A stretch of 64,000 nt of DNA from Candidatus Latescibacterota bacterium (lineage in GTDB: Bacteria > Latescibacterota > UBA2968 > GCA-2709665): NCBI GenBank assembly GCA_965208835.1, contig OZ242358.1, positions 3,168,001-3,232,000 on the forward strand, written 5' to 3'. The notes under the pieces were generated by a model. The model was not told the origin of the DNA. It saw nothing but the letters and a program-made list of their open reading frames with translations, and searched no databases. The position numbers and the translations under genes are program-made. Of this stretch, positions 9,378 to 19,169 are shown piece after piece (position 1 is the first letter of the stretch; each line of letters begins with the position of its first letter).

Positions 9378-10370
9378 TCAGTCGAATTCCGAGACCAGGA
9401 CAGATTCGTTCCGCTCCGCGCTCTGCTTGGCCGCTTCGATGACAGCCATCGTATGCCGCACCGACCGGCCGCTTGCATCGGGCGTCTTTCCCTCCCGGCA
9501 GCAGTCGGCGAACTCGCGAATCTGATTCTGCATCCCGTTTCCCGGCTCGCCGACATCCACCTCCGTGCCGTTGAGCATCAGCCGCCCATGGGTGAACGAC
9601 ATCGATCCCAGGCTTCCCATGATATACTGGTCGTGCGACCCGGAATGGCAGACAACGGACTGTGACAGCACGCTGACCGCGCCGTTGGCGTGGTTCATGA
9701 CCGCCGTGTAGGAGTCCTTCTGTCCGCGGTAGCGCTCCGTACTCTCCGTTCCCTGGGCGAAGACCCTGACGACGGGCGAATCCATGTACCAGTGCAGGAT
9801 ATCGTACTCGTGCGGTCCGAAACAGTACAACACGCAGATACCCCCGGTCTCCAGATTCAGGTACCAGTGGGTATCCTGTCCCGGCACGGGCGCGGGATTG
9901 AAGTTCCCCAGCCGCCGTCTGAGCAGGTGACCCACCTGGCCGATCACGCCATCGGCGATGAGCTGTTTCACTTTGCGGCTGACCGGATAGTAGCGCATGA
10001 CCTGACCGACCATCAGGACGCGATTCGCGCTTTCGCACGCAGCGATCATCCGGTCGCACTCTTCGAGCGTCAGCGCCATCGGCTTCTCCACCAGGACGTG
10101 TTTCCCGGCTTCCGCGGCGGCCACCACCTGCGCGCCGTGCTGGTTGTGGGGCGTGCACACGTGGACCGCTTCGACATCCGGATCGTCCAGCATCGCGTCC
10201 AGGTCGGTATACGCCCGGGCGCCGAATTCCGCCGCGGCCGCCTCCGCGGGATCCGCGAAGATGTCCATCACGGCCGCCGTTCTGATGTTTTCGACCTCCG
10301 CGATCGCACGCATATGAGAATGCGCAATCCCGCCGGCACCTACCATACCCACGGATAATACGTCGCCCAT
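9378..10370 (-). CDS. Gfo/Idh/MocA-family NAD(P)-dependent oxidoreductase
   Basis: VGMVGAGGIA, CTPHNQH, GKHVLVEKPMA, HEYD motifs. Confidence 0.9.
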   Translation of the reverse strand: MGDVLSVGMVGAGGIAHSHMRAIAEVENIRTAAVMDIFADPAEAAAAEFGARAYTDLDAMLDDPDVEAVHVCTPHNQHGAQVVAAAEAGKHVLVEKPMALTLEECDRMIAACESANRVLMVGQVMRYYPVSRKVKQLIADGVIGQVGHLLRRRLGNFNPAPVPGQDTHWYLNLETGGICVLYCFGPHEYDILHWYMDSPVVRVFAQGTESTERYRGQKDSYTAVMNHANGAVSVLSQSVVCHSGSHDQYIMGSLGSMSFTHGRLMLNGTEVDVGEPGNGMQNQIREFADCCREGKTPDASGRSVRHTMAVIEAAKQSAERNESVLVSEFD

Positions 10371-10402
10371 TTCATCCCTCCTGAAGTGCCCGCCAGCGAC
10401 AC

Positions 10403-11260
10403 TCAAAGCACCATCTTCTTCTCCGACGGTTCCAGGTTGTCGTAATTCCAGAGTTGCCTGCCCGCGACGACTTTCTTCAAGTTGCCCGCTCCGTCCGGGG
10501 CCTCGAGGCCGTACAGTCCCAGCTTGCGGTCCAGCCAGGCGACCTCGAGATCCGTCAGTTCCGCGCGAACGGCGTCCACACCCAGCGATTTTATGCTCCC
10601 GCCGACGTAGATCGTGCCGTCGTACATCGAATCACCGAGATTCTCGTCGGCGTCTCCCAGGACGATCATCCGCCCGCGCTGCATCATGAATCCGGAGAGC
10701 ATTCCCGTTCGCCCGGCCACCAGGATGGTTCCGCCCTTCATGTTGATGCCGGTACGTCCCCCGACGTCTCCCTTGCAGACCAGGTCGCCGCCCCGCAGCG
10801 CTGCGCCGAAAGACGACCCCGCGTTCTTTTCCACAACCACGGTGCCCGCCATCATGTTTTCCGCGCACGACCAGCCCACGCGCCCCCTGATCCTCACGTT
10901 CGGCCCGTCGATGAGACCCACGGCGAAATACCCCAGAGACCCTTCGAAATCCAGTTTCAGCCGATTCAGAATTCCGGAACCGAGCGAGTGCTTGGCGTTC
11001 GGATTCCGCACCACGACGTGGCCGCAGCCGGCTTCCATCAGTTGCCTGATCTTCCGGTTCACGTCCCTGATCGACATGGGCGCCGCATCGAATTCCTCGC
11101 ACCTGCCGAAGTCCACCTTCAGCGATCCCGGGTTCACCAGTCCCGCACCCTCTTCGGCACGAAAGAAGACCCGGTTCGTCCGATTCGCAAGCGGCTCGTC
11201 GTGCAGGCCCATCGCGTACGACCGGTGCGTCTTTTCGCGGTCCGAGTCTAGTTTCGCCAT
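10403..11260 (-). CDS. GXGXG-domain protein (glutamate synthase domain 3; MgsB/GlxC-like), copy 2, with N-terminal extension
   Basis: Beta-helix repeats GSLGYF, GRVGWSCAENMMAG, GGDLVCKG, GFMMQRG. C-terminus LWNYD; paralog of 20595-21290. Confidence 0.85.
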   Translation of the reverse strand: MAKLDSDREKTHRSYAMGLHDEPLANRTNRVFFRAEEGAGLVNPGSLKVDFGRCEEFDAAPMSIRDVNRKIRQLMEAGCGHVVVRNPNAKHSLGSGILNRLKLDFEGSLGYFAVGLIDGPNVRIRGRVGWSCAENMMAGTVVVEKNAGSSFGAALRGGDLVCKGDVGGRTGINMKGGTILVAGRTGMLSGFMMQRGRMIVLGDADENLGDSMYDGTIYVGGSIKSLGVDAVRAELTDLEVAWLDRKLGLYGLEAPDGAGNLKKVVAGRQLWNYDNLEPSEKKMVL

Positions 11261-12183
11261 ACCCGCACTTCTCCCGCGTAAGGGTCCACGGTCTCAATTT
11301 CCTGAGGCATTACCATCCTGATCGCCACCTCCTCGGAAGCGAGCAGGGTTTCCTCTTCCCCTTCGTAGAGTACCATCGGCTTGGCCGCCATGGTATCCTT
11401 GGCCATTCCCAGGCTGTCCGTTGTCGCCACCAGATACGTGAAGACGCCGTCCAGCTCCCGTACGGATTTCACCATCGCGTCCTCAAGCGAAACCGAGCGA
11501 TCCAGGCTGTCCGCGATATAGACCGCGATCAGTTCCGAATCGCAATCCGACACGAAGCGATGCCCCCGACGCTCCAGATCGCGGCGCATCGACCAGTAGT
11601 TGGTCAGCTGGCCGTTGTGGACGACGGAGATATCACCGAACGGATACGCCCAGTACGGGTGCGCGGAACGAATGTCCACGTCGGACTCCGTGGCCATACG
11701 TACGTGCCCGATGGCGTGCGTGCCCACAAAAGTGCCCATGCCGTACTGCTCGCTCACCTCGTTGGCGTCGCCCAGGTCCTTGACGAGTTCCAATGCGCTG
11801 CCTATGGACAGAATCTCAACGCCCTCCGCGTCTTCAATGAAATCCGCGAACCTGCGCAGGTCTCCATCGTATCTCACGCGGTACAGGAACGCGTACTCCG
11901 TCGGCTGATCCGAGGCGAGCACTTCGCCGCCGAGAGACACGATGCGTTCATCCACCTCCGCTTTACGCTGCACGATCTGATCTCTGATCTCGAAGCCGGA
12001 CTCCAGGTCCTCCTTTTCCGCCACCTTGAACCGCATCGCCAGAGTCCCGGCCGACGGCTCTCCGTACAGCGCAAAACCCGTGGAGTCCGGCCCCCTGTGC
12101 TTCATCGCCTGAAGCATCATGGTCATTTCGTTCCCGATCCGACCGGCCCTGTTCCGGTGGATAATCCCCGCGATACCGCACAT
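11248..12183 (-). CDS. Class II (Ntn) glutamine amidotransferase (MgsA/GlxB-like), copy 2
   Basis: MCGIAG N-terminal Cys nucleophile, HRGPDS, GHVRMATES, AHPY, VHNG, DSE. Confidence 0.9.
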   Translation of the reverse strand: MCGIAGIIHRNRAGRIGNEMTMMLQAMKHRGPDSTGFALYGEPSAGTLAMRFKVAEKEDLESGFEIRDQIVQRKAEVDERIVSLGGEVLASDQPTEYAFLYRVRYDGDLRRFADFIEDAEGVEILSIGSALELVKDLGDANEVSEQYGMGTFVGTHAIGHVRMATESDVDIRSAHPYWAYPFGDISVVHNGQLTNYWSMRRDLERRGHRFVSDCDSELIAVYIADSLDRSVSLEDAMVKSVRELDGVFTYLVATTDSLGMAKDTMAAKPMVLYEGEEETLLASEEVAIRMVMPQEIETVDPYAGEVRVWRN

Positions 12184-12205
12184 AAGCACCTCGCTTCCGC
12201 CACGA

Positions 12206-13687
12206 CTACGGCAGACAATCCCAGTAGGTCTCCAGGTCCCAGTCGGTTACCGTTGCCAGAAACCGTTCCCACTCGTCCCGCTTGTAGTGCATGTAGACCT
12301 CGTACATCTCGCCTGGAAGCGACGAGCGGATCACCTCGTCCTGCTCCAGCTTATCGAGCGCATCGCCCAACGTGGTCGGCAGCTTGGTAACCTCTTTGCC
12401 TTCTTCGATCGCCTCGTAAATATTGCGGTGTTCGGGCTGGCCGGGGTCCAGGTCCCGGCGTATGCCGTCGTCAAACGCCTTCAGTAACGCGCCTGCCATG
12501 AGATAGGGGTTCACCATCGCGTCCACCGCACGGTATTCGAACCGCCCGGGGCCGGAGACCCGGAGCCCGCAGGTCCGGTTCTGATACCCCCAATCGGAGT
12601 AGACGGGCGCCCAGAACCCCGTCTCCCACAACCGCCGGTACGAATTCACCGTGGAACATCCAATGGCTGTGAGCGCGGGTAGATGTTCGATTACGCCGCC
12701 GATGCACCTCAGGCCCGTGGGAGCCGGCTCCCGCCTTCCCGGAAGGGGATCGAACATATTCTCGCCGCCTTCCCGATGCGTGAAGACGCCCTCCATGCCG
12801 GGCAGTGATTCGTTCCCCAGCGGCTTCAGCACGTCGTCTCCCCCGCGCCATAGCGAGAGATTGTGGTGGCAACCCGATGCAGAGACGCCCATGAAGGGCT
12901 TACACATGAAACATGCAATCAGATCGTGCTCCCGGGCGACCTGGGCGCAAATCTGCCGGTACGTGGTTAGCCTGTCGCACGTGGCGAGCGCGTCGTCGAA
13001 GGTGAAGTTCAATTCCAGCTGACCCGGTGCGTCCTCGTGGTCTCCCTGGATCATGTCAAGGCCCATCGCACGGCCGTATTCGATCACCTTCATGACCACG
13101 GGCCTCAGGGACTCGAACTGATCGATATGGTAGCAGTAGGGCTTGCTGAAACCGTCCGCGGGTTTGCCGTCGGGGCCCTTCTGCAGCCACATCATCTCCG
13201 GTTCGGCGCCGTGGCGCATGTGCATCCCGTCGTGGTCCCGCGTGAACTGCTCGTGGATGCGCCTGAGATTGCCCCTGCAGTCGGCGGAAAGGGTGCCTCC
13301 GGGATTCTCCATCTCGTCCCGGTTGCGAAAGAGCGTACAGAAGACCCGCGCCAGGCGCCTGTCCCACGGCAGCTGAACGAAGGTCTCCGGATCGGGAATT
13401 CCCACGAGTTCCGACGCCTCCGGACCGTATCCGATATAGTTGTCGTACCGGTCCATGAACAGGTTTGCGGTCGCCCCATACACAAGCTGGAATCCGCGTT
13501 CCGCGGTCCGTTCCCAGTGGTCCGCCGGAATGCCCTTGCCCACCACCCGGCCCGTCACCGAAATAAACTGGTAATAGATATAGGTGATTCCAAGCGCGTC
13601 GATCTTTTCTCGCACCTGGCGCACCTGCTCGTCCCGGCCGTCGGCCCTGACGTAGGCTTCCAGATCCGTTGCAGCCTGATTCGACAT
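12206..13687 (-). CDS. Glutamine synthetase-like gamma-glutamyl-amine ligase (GmaS-type function inferred)
   Basis: EPE, HEDAPGQLE, FMCKPF, SGCHHNLSLW, NSYRRL, NRT, RFEYR, NPYL. The flap reads GFWAP rather than GYEAP. Confidence 0.85.
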   Translation of the reverse strand: MSNQAATDLEAYVRADGRDEQVRQVREKIDALGITYIYYQFISVTGRVVGKGIPADHWERTAERGFQLVYGATANLFMDRYDNYIGYGPEASELVGIPDPETFVQLPWDRRLARVFCTLFRNRDEMENPGGTLSADCRGNLRRIHEQFTRDHDGMHMRHGAEPEMMWLQKGPDGKPADGFSKPYCYHIDQFESLRPVVMKVIEYGRAMGLDMIQGDHEDAPGQLELNFTFDDALATCDRLTTYRQICAQVAREHDLIACFMCKPFMGVSASGCHHNLSLWRGGDDVLKPLGNESLPGMEGVFTHREGGENMFDPLPGRREPAPTGLRCIGGVIEHLPALTAIGCSTVNSYRRLWETGFWAPVYSDWGYQNRTCGLRVSGPGRFEYRAVDAMVNPYLMAGALLKAFDDGIRRDLDPGQPEHRNIYEAIEEGKEVTKLPTTLGDALDKLEQDEVIRSSLPGEMYEVYMHYKRDEWERFLATVTDWDLETYWDCLP

Positions 13688-13727
13688 AGACGACCCTTCC
13701 TCTCTTCAATTGGCGCTTCCCGTTTTC

Positions 13728-14423
13728 CTATGCCCGGCGTTCTGTCCCGGACTCCAGGGCCCGGATGGCGTTCAGGCCGACCGGCGCTATCTGCAGATCA
13801 GCTCCGGCATCCATCAGGATCTCCCACAGATACGCTGCCAGAGACCGCGCACCGAGGACCGAAAAGGCCGGCAGATCGACGGCATCCCGTCGAATGACGA
13901 GTTGTGTCGTCCTGGCGACGCTGGTCTGTTTCGCGGCGCCGTCCGGAAATGCGGCGTCGGAGAAATCCAGCCCGCACACCCTGCTCATCAGGGATGGCGA
14001 GTATGGTCCCAGAACGCGGATTTCGGACCACGCGTGGGTCAGATTCGTTACGGTAACGAACCTGTCCGAAGCCCGGTCCACGAGCGTCCTGCGGACGGCG
14101 ACATCCCGGCCCGGGGACGTTAGGACAAAAAAACAGTCGCCGCGAAGCCGGTACACGCGTTCCGACCCGACCACCGCGCCGCCGCCGATTTCCAACTCCA
14201 GCGACTCCCACGACGCGTCGGCTTCCTCTCCCTCGACCCGGATCTTGCCGTTTGCCGTCTCATCGGCCAGTGCCGCGCCGCGTCCGGCGGCTGAAATCTC
14301 CGCATCCGGCGTGGAATACGCCTCCGGAATCCGCCATCCGGAAGATTCCGTAAATTGCGCCCCGAGGTCCCGCGCCGTTTCGTGAAGTGGCGACAATTTC
14401 ACCGGCGCCGCCCGCGCATTCAC
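13728..14423 (-). CDS. soxG: Sarcosine oxidase gamma / MgdD-like subunit (GcvT-type fold)
   Basis: SPLHE, GWRIPEAY, GLDFSDAAFPDG--KQT, RSLAAYLWE. GTG start overlaps the soxA stop (GTGA). Confidence 0.75.
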   Translation of the reverse strand: MNARAAPVKLSPLHETARDLGAQFTESSGWRIPEAYSTPDAEISAAGRGAALADETANGKIRVEGEEADASWESLELEIGGGAVVGSERVYRLRGDCFFVLTSPGRDVAVRRTLVDRASDRFVTVTNLTHAWSEIRVLGPYSPSLMSRVCGLDFSDAAFPDGAAKQTSVARTTQLVIRRDAVDLPAFSVLGARSLAAYLWEILMDAGADLQIAPVGLNAIRALESGTERRA

Positions 14424-17344
14424 ATCTGCAACCTTTCTCCGTCGGGGTCGTAGAACGGCCCGTGGTGAACATAGGCGTCTTCGAGTTCGCCGTCCCGGCG
14501 AATCTGAAACCGCGTTCCCGCTTCCGCCGCCACGTGCGCGGGCAGCCAACAGAGCCCGACGGTCTCTCCGAGCGCCGGACTGAACCGGGAGGAGGTCAAC
14601 CAGCCGATGATCTCCTGTTTTCCGTTACCGTCCGGATGCACCGCCTGCAGACCTTCTTCGGGCACGATCCCCGGCCGCGCCATTTTGAATCCCACGAGCC
14701 GCTGACGGGTCCCGCGTTCCGAGATCCGGGTCAACATGGGCTTGCCCAGAAAGTCCCGCTTCTTCATCTTCACGGCCCATTCCATGTTTGCGGAAAAGGG
14801 ATCGGTCAGCGCGTCGGTATCCTGGCCTACGATGATATGCGCTTTCTCCAGACGGAGCACACGCTGCGCCTCCACCCCGAACGGCCCGATGCCGAATTCC
14901 TCCCCCGCCGCCATCAGCGCCTGCCATACGTGCAGCCCGAACGACGCCGGGCAGTGGATCTCGTAGGAAAGCTCGCCCGTAAACCCGATCCGGAGGACAC
15001 GGCACAGCACGCCGGCGACGCGCGTCGACCGCACCCGCATATAGGGAAACTTCCCGTTGCTCAGGTCGCGGTCCGTGAGCTTTTGCAGCACGTCTCTGGA
15101 CCTGGGTCCCGCCAGGTTGAACGCCGCGTAGGAATCGGTGAGGTTGACAGCGTGTACGCCGTCGCCCCATCCCGACTGCACCCACCATTGTATCCATTCG
15201 TACACCGTCGTCGCGCCGGTGGACGTGGTACTCATATACCACTCGTTCTCCTGAACACGGGCGCACACCCCGTCGTCCATCACCACCCCTTCGTCGTTGC
15301 ACATCACGCCGTACCGGACGCGGCCGACCCCAAGCTTCCGCCACTGGTTGACGTAAAGCCGTTCGAGCAGTTCAGGCACGCCCGTTCCGGTCAGCTGGAT
15401 CTTGCCCAGCGTGCTGACATCCATCAGCCCGACCCGCTCGCGCACGGCCTTCACCTCGGCAATGGGGTCGCCGTAGTCTTCGGGACGCAGCCAGAGCCCC
15501 GCCACCATCATCCTCGCGCCCTGTTCCAGGTGCCACTGGTGCGCCGGACTCACCTGCACGGGCTCCATGATCTGACCGGCCAGCGCGCCCAGCGTTACCG
15601 GCTCCACGGGCGGACGCGACGTTGTCCTGCCCGTTTCCTGAACCTGCCTTCCGTTCGCGCGGGCGCAGAGATGCACGGCGTTCATGGAACACATCCTGCC
15701 CTGGCAGGGGCCCATGGAAATCGTGCTGTACCGTTTCAGCAGTTCGAGACTGTCGTACCCCTCGACGATCGCCGTCTGCAGATCCACGTCGGTGACGTCT
15801 TCACAATAGCACAGAAACCTCTTTTTCCGGCCCGCGACCAGCGTACTGTCGGACGTCCGCACCGGCTCGGCGGCCTTACGGGCCAGGAGATCGGACTTCT
15901 CAGACGCTCCGGGTCCGTCCCCGAAACCCGATGAGGCCGCGGCGCTTCTTCCGGCGATCCGCCCGTCGTCCATGGCGCACGCGGCCGTGGTGGCGCCCGC
16001 GGCGCGGCCCGCGACAAAGATGCCTTCCGGCGCGTTCGTCGCGCGCGGTTCCGAGCGCTGCGCGTCGTAGACCGATTCTCCGCCGGCCATGTGGAACAAT
16101 GCCAGGTCGGGCGTCCAACCCACGCTCACGACAATCAGGTCGCATGCGAGTGTCCGCGCCGCGGATCGATCCGCCTCTCCCAACGGATCGATCCGGGCGA
16201 CCCTGGCGGCCTGTACGCGCTTTGATCCGACGGCTTCCAGAATCGTGTGTCGGAAAAACGCAGGCACGCCACGGGAAATCAACTCGTCGGCGGTCGCACT
16301 GGAACAGGCGTGCCGTTCGTCCACGACCGCGGCGATTTCAATGTCCGCTTCGGCGAGATCCGCGGCCGCGTCCCATCCGTCGTCGTTCGCCGTTACCACC
16401 AGCGCCCTTGCGCCCGGTTTCACGCCATAGAGATTGACCAGCCGCCGGGAGGCGCTGCCCAGCATCACCCCGGGCAGGTCGTTGTTGTCGAACACCAGCG
16501 GCATCTCGAGTGCGCCCGTTGCGACAACGACGGACTTCGCGCGTATCTTGAACAGTCGCGAGCCCTTCACAGCCGCCAGCCAGTTATCCTGGTACCACCC
16601 CAGTACGGCAGTATCGGTGTAAACCTCGATATCCGACCGGTTCGCCACCGACGCCAGCAACGCCTCCAGCCGTCCTGACCCGCCACGCGAGAAGCGCAGG
16701 CGCCCGCCCAGTGACGGCTCGACTTCAAAAAGCGCGACGCTCGCGCCCTGTTCCGCCGCCGCAACGGCCGCGCCAATGCCGGAAGGTCCGCCGCCTGCCA
16801 CCGCCACGTCGACATGCAGATACTGTTTGTCGTACGCGCCGGGTTGCGACGCGAGGTCCACTTTACCCAACCCCGCCGCGCGGCGCAGCAGGTGTTCGTA
16901 GGACGGCCAGAGCGCGGTGGGCCGGATAAAGGTCTTATAGTAGAAACCCACCGGCATCAACGGCGCGGCCAGCTGGGTAAGCGAAAGAAAGTCGCGGTCC
17001 AGCGACGGCTGCGCGTTCTGCGACTGTACGGCCATTCCCGCCTCCACGCGGCGCGTACAGGCGCGGACGTTCGGCTCGTCGTCTATCTGGACCAGACAGT
17101 TCGGGCATTGACCCGCGCAGCACAGCAGACCTCTGGGACGGTGATACTTGAACGACCGGCTGAAGACCTGCACCCCCGCGGCGGCCAGTGCCGATGCGAT
17201 CGTATCGCCCTCGTATCCCGAATAATCCCGTCCATCGAAGGTAAACGCGACCCGTGCATCGCGATCGATGACCTCGCCGGATTGCGGCGGAAGCCTTTCC
17301 GAATCCGCAACGGAATCCGCGCGCGGGATCGATTCAGTCGCCAT
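14420..17344 (-). CDS. soxA: Sarcosine oxidase alpha / N-methylglutamate dehydrogenase large subunit
   Basis: GDTIASAL, SRSFKYHRPRG, CPNC...RAC, GGGPSG, CYCEDV, ELLKRY--MGPCQGRMC, DVSTLGK, GFTGELSYE, LRLEK. Confidence 0.93.
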   Translation of the reverse strand: MATESIPRADSVADSERLPPQSGEVIDRDARVAFTFDGRDYSGYEGDTIASALAAAGVQVFSRSFKYHRPRGLLCCAGQCPNCLVQIDDEPNVRACTRRVEAGMAVQSQNAQPSLDRDFLSLTQLAAPLMPVGFYYKTFIRPTALWPSYEHLLRRAAGLGKVDLASQPGAYDKQYLHVDVAVAGGGPSGIGAAVAAAEQGASVALFEVEPSLGGRLRFSRGGSGRLEALLASVANRSDIEVYTDTAVLGWYQDNWLAAVKGSRLFKIRAKSVVVATGALEMPLVFDNNDLPGVMLGSASRRLVNLYGVKPGARALVVTANDDGWDAAADLAEADIEIAAVVDERHACSSATADELISRGVPAFFRHTILEAVGSKRVQAARVARIDPLGEADRSAARTLACDLIVVSVGWTPDLALFHMAGGESVYDAQRSEPRATNAPEGIFVAGRAAGATTAACAMDDGRIAGRSAAASSGFGDGPGASEKSDLLARKAAEPVRTSDSTLVAGRKKRFLCYCEDVTDVDLQTAIVEGYDSLELLKRYSTISMGPCQGRMCSMNAVHLCARANGRQVQETGRTTSRPPVEPVTLGALAGQIMEPVQVSPAHQWHLEQGARMMVAGLWLRPEDYGDPIAEVKAVRERVGLMDVSTLGKIQLTGTGVPELLERLYVNQWRKLGVGRVRYGVMCNDEGVVMDDGVCARVQENEWYMSTTSTGATTVYEWIQWWVQSGWGDGVHAVNLTDSYAAFNLAGPRSRDVLQKLTDRDLSNGKFPYMRVRSTRVAGVLCRVLRIGFTGELSYEIHCPASFGLHVWQALMAAGEEFGIGPFGVEAQRVLRLEKAHIIVGQDTDALTDPFSANMEWAVKMKKRDFLGKPMLTRISERGTRQRLVGFKMARPGIVPEEGLQAVHPDGNGKQEIIGWLTSSRFSPALGETVGLCWLPAHVAAEAGTRFQIRRDGELEDAYVHHGPFYDPDGERLQM

Positions 17345-17621
17345 CCCGGTCCTCCCCGACCGCTTCCGCCTGCCAGACGTACGTTTTCACGACCTCCTGC
17401 GTCTTCGTATGCCGCTGGGCCAGGAACCAGAGACCGCACCCCGCCTGGTGATACCACCACGCCGTCTCCACGCCCAGCTTGTTGTCGCTCAGATAGAGAT
17501 ACGCGGCCATCTCCTCATCGTCGCACGCATCGGGATCCGCGGGCCGGGGATTGTATTCACCCCCGAAACGGAACTCGCTTACATTTCGTTCGCCGCAATT
17601 CGGGCAGGACAGAATCAACAT
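17334..17621 (-). CDS. soxD: Sarcosine oxidase delta subunit
   Basis: MLILSCPNCGERNVSEFRFGGE...WYHQAGCGLWF zinc motif. Confidence 0.92.
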   Translation of the reverse strand: MLILSCPNCGERNVSEFRFGGEYNPRPADPDACDDEEMAAYLYLSDNKLGVETAWWYHQAGCGLWFLAQRHTKTQEVVKTYVWQAEAVGEDRDGD

Positions 17622-17660
17622 CGGACACTCAGATTCGGGGCCCATGCAAGGGCCATATTA

Positions 17661-17848
17661 GAAGCTGTCTTAAAATTCCCAGCGGTCTTCGCGCGGCTGC
17701 AAAAGCGCCGGTCGGCGTTGGTCAAACCCACCCGTATCCAATGTATCGAGGCTGCGCGCCCCTCGCCTCTCTTAGGCGGATTTTCCCGCCTTGACCGCCA
17801 CTTTTTCGCTCGCGCTCGGGAACTCACCGGTAATTTTAAAACACCTTC
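17661..17848. mobile_element. MITE-like element family A, copy 2 (188 bp)
   Basis: GAAGCTGTCTTAAAA...TTTTAAAACACCTTC flanked by TTA (17658-17660, 17849-17851). The central loop is about 27 bp longer than in the other copies. Confidence 0.85.
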
Positions 17849-17884
17849 TTAGCAAAATAACCGGCCTTTTCGGCGATCCGAGGG

Positions 17885-19123
17885 TCAGTGACCCACCGAC
17901 GCCGCGCCCTTTTCGCCGACCAGGTCGAATTCCTCGAACCTGGACAGCCTGAACGGGTGAATTAACTCCGGCGTGCGGTCGCCGGCGATCAGTTCCGCCA
18001 TCGTCCGCCCGCAGATGGGGGACGCCTTGAAGCCGTACGTTCCCCAGCCCACGTCCACAAGAAAACCGTGCACGGGAGTAAAGCCCATGATTGGACTGTA
18101 ATCAGGCGTCATATCGCAAAGCCCCGCCCACTGACGCAGGACCCGCACCCTGCTCAGAAACGGAAACAACTCGAGCATGTGTCCGGCGATGCTTTCCATA
18201 AACGCCAGCGATGAATCCATCGAATAGGACGTATAGGGGTCCACGCTTGCGCCCATCACGAGTTCGCCGCGGTCCGACTGGCTCACGTACACGTGCAGAC
18301 TGCCCGACACGATGACGACGTCGAGAAACGGCTTCAGAGGTTCGGTGACGCACGCCTGCAGGGGAAAGGTGGTCAGGGGCAGGCGTACGCCCGCCATATC
18401 GGCGATGGTCGACCCCCACCCGGCCGTCGCGTTCAACACCGTGCCGGTTTTGATGTAACCCCCGGTCGTCTCCACGCCCGCGACGCTCTGGCCGCGCACG
18501 TCGATCCCGGTCACCGCGGTCTGCTGGTGAATGTGCACGCCGCGCCGGTCGGCCTGGTGCGCATAGCCCCACACGACGGCGTCGTGCCGGACGATGCCTC
18601 CGGGGGGATGGTACAACGCGGCCATAATCGGGTAGCGGGGATGGTCGCTGACGTCGATGCCCGGGCAGAGTCTCTCGATTTCGGCGGGCCATATCAATTC
18701 CGACACTACACCCTGCAGCTTGTTCACCTCCGCCCGCCTGCGCATGGTGCGCACGGCCCCGTCGGTATGCGCCAGCGTGAGGTGCCCGCGCTGGCTGAAC
18801 ATGACGTTGAAATCCAGCTCCGTCGCCATCTGCTCGTACAGCCGCACGCTTTCGTCGTAAAAGCGCACCCCTTCCGGTGTCAGATAGTTGCTGCGGATAA
18901 TGGCGGTGTTCCGGCCGCTTCCGCCGGAACCGATATACCCTCTTTCGATAATGGCAACATTCGTAATGCCGTGTTCGGCCGCCAGATAGTAGGCGCACGC
19001 CAGACCATGCGCGCCTCCGCCCACAATTACCACGTCGTAACGGTCCCTGACGGGATGGGACCGCCACATCCTGGGCAACAGCCCGTTACCATTGAGCGCC
19101 TGTCGAATCAGCTTGAACGACAC
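17885..19123 (-). CDS. soxB: Sarcosine oxidase beta / MgdA-like FAD subunit
   Basis: IVGGGAHG, GGSGRNTAIIRSNY, NVMFSQRG, RHDAVVWGYA, DMTPDYSP, GWGTYGFK, EKGAASVGH. Confidence 0.93.
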   Translation of the reverse strand: MSFKLIRQALNGNGLLPRMWRSHPVRDRYDVVIVGGGAHGLACAYYLAAEHGITNVAIIERGYIGSGGSGRNTAIIRSNYLTPEGVRFYDESVRLYEQMATELDFNVMFSQRGHLTLAHTDGAVRTMRRRAEVNKLQGVVSELIWPAEIERLCPGIDVSDHPRYPIMAALYHPPGGIVRHDAVVWGYAHQADRRGVHIHQQTAVTGIDVRGQSVAGVETTGGYIKTGTVLNATAGWGSTIADMAGVRLPLTTFPLQACVTEPLKPFLDVVIVSGSLHVYVSQSDRGELVMGASVDPYTSYSMDSSLAFMESIAGHMLELFPFLSRVRVLRQWAGLCDMTPDYSPIMGFTPVHGFLVDVGWGTYGFKASPICGRTMAELIAGDRTPELIHPFRLSRFEEFDLVGEKGAASVGH

Positions 19124-19169
19124 GGAATTGTCCCCTAAAAACCCGGCCAGGCCACGGACGACGGGGGCA

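Noticed and set aside
12206-13687. Calling the GS-like gene glnA and the neighbouring genes a normal GS/GOGAT system
   Set aside because: The flap Glu is replaced by Trp, and the split subunits beside soxBDAG fit amine metabolism better.
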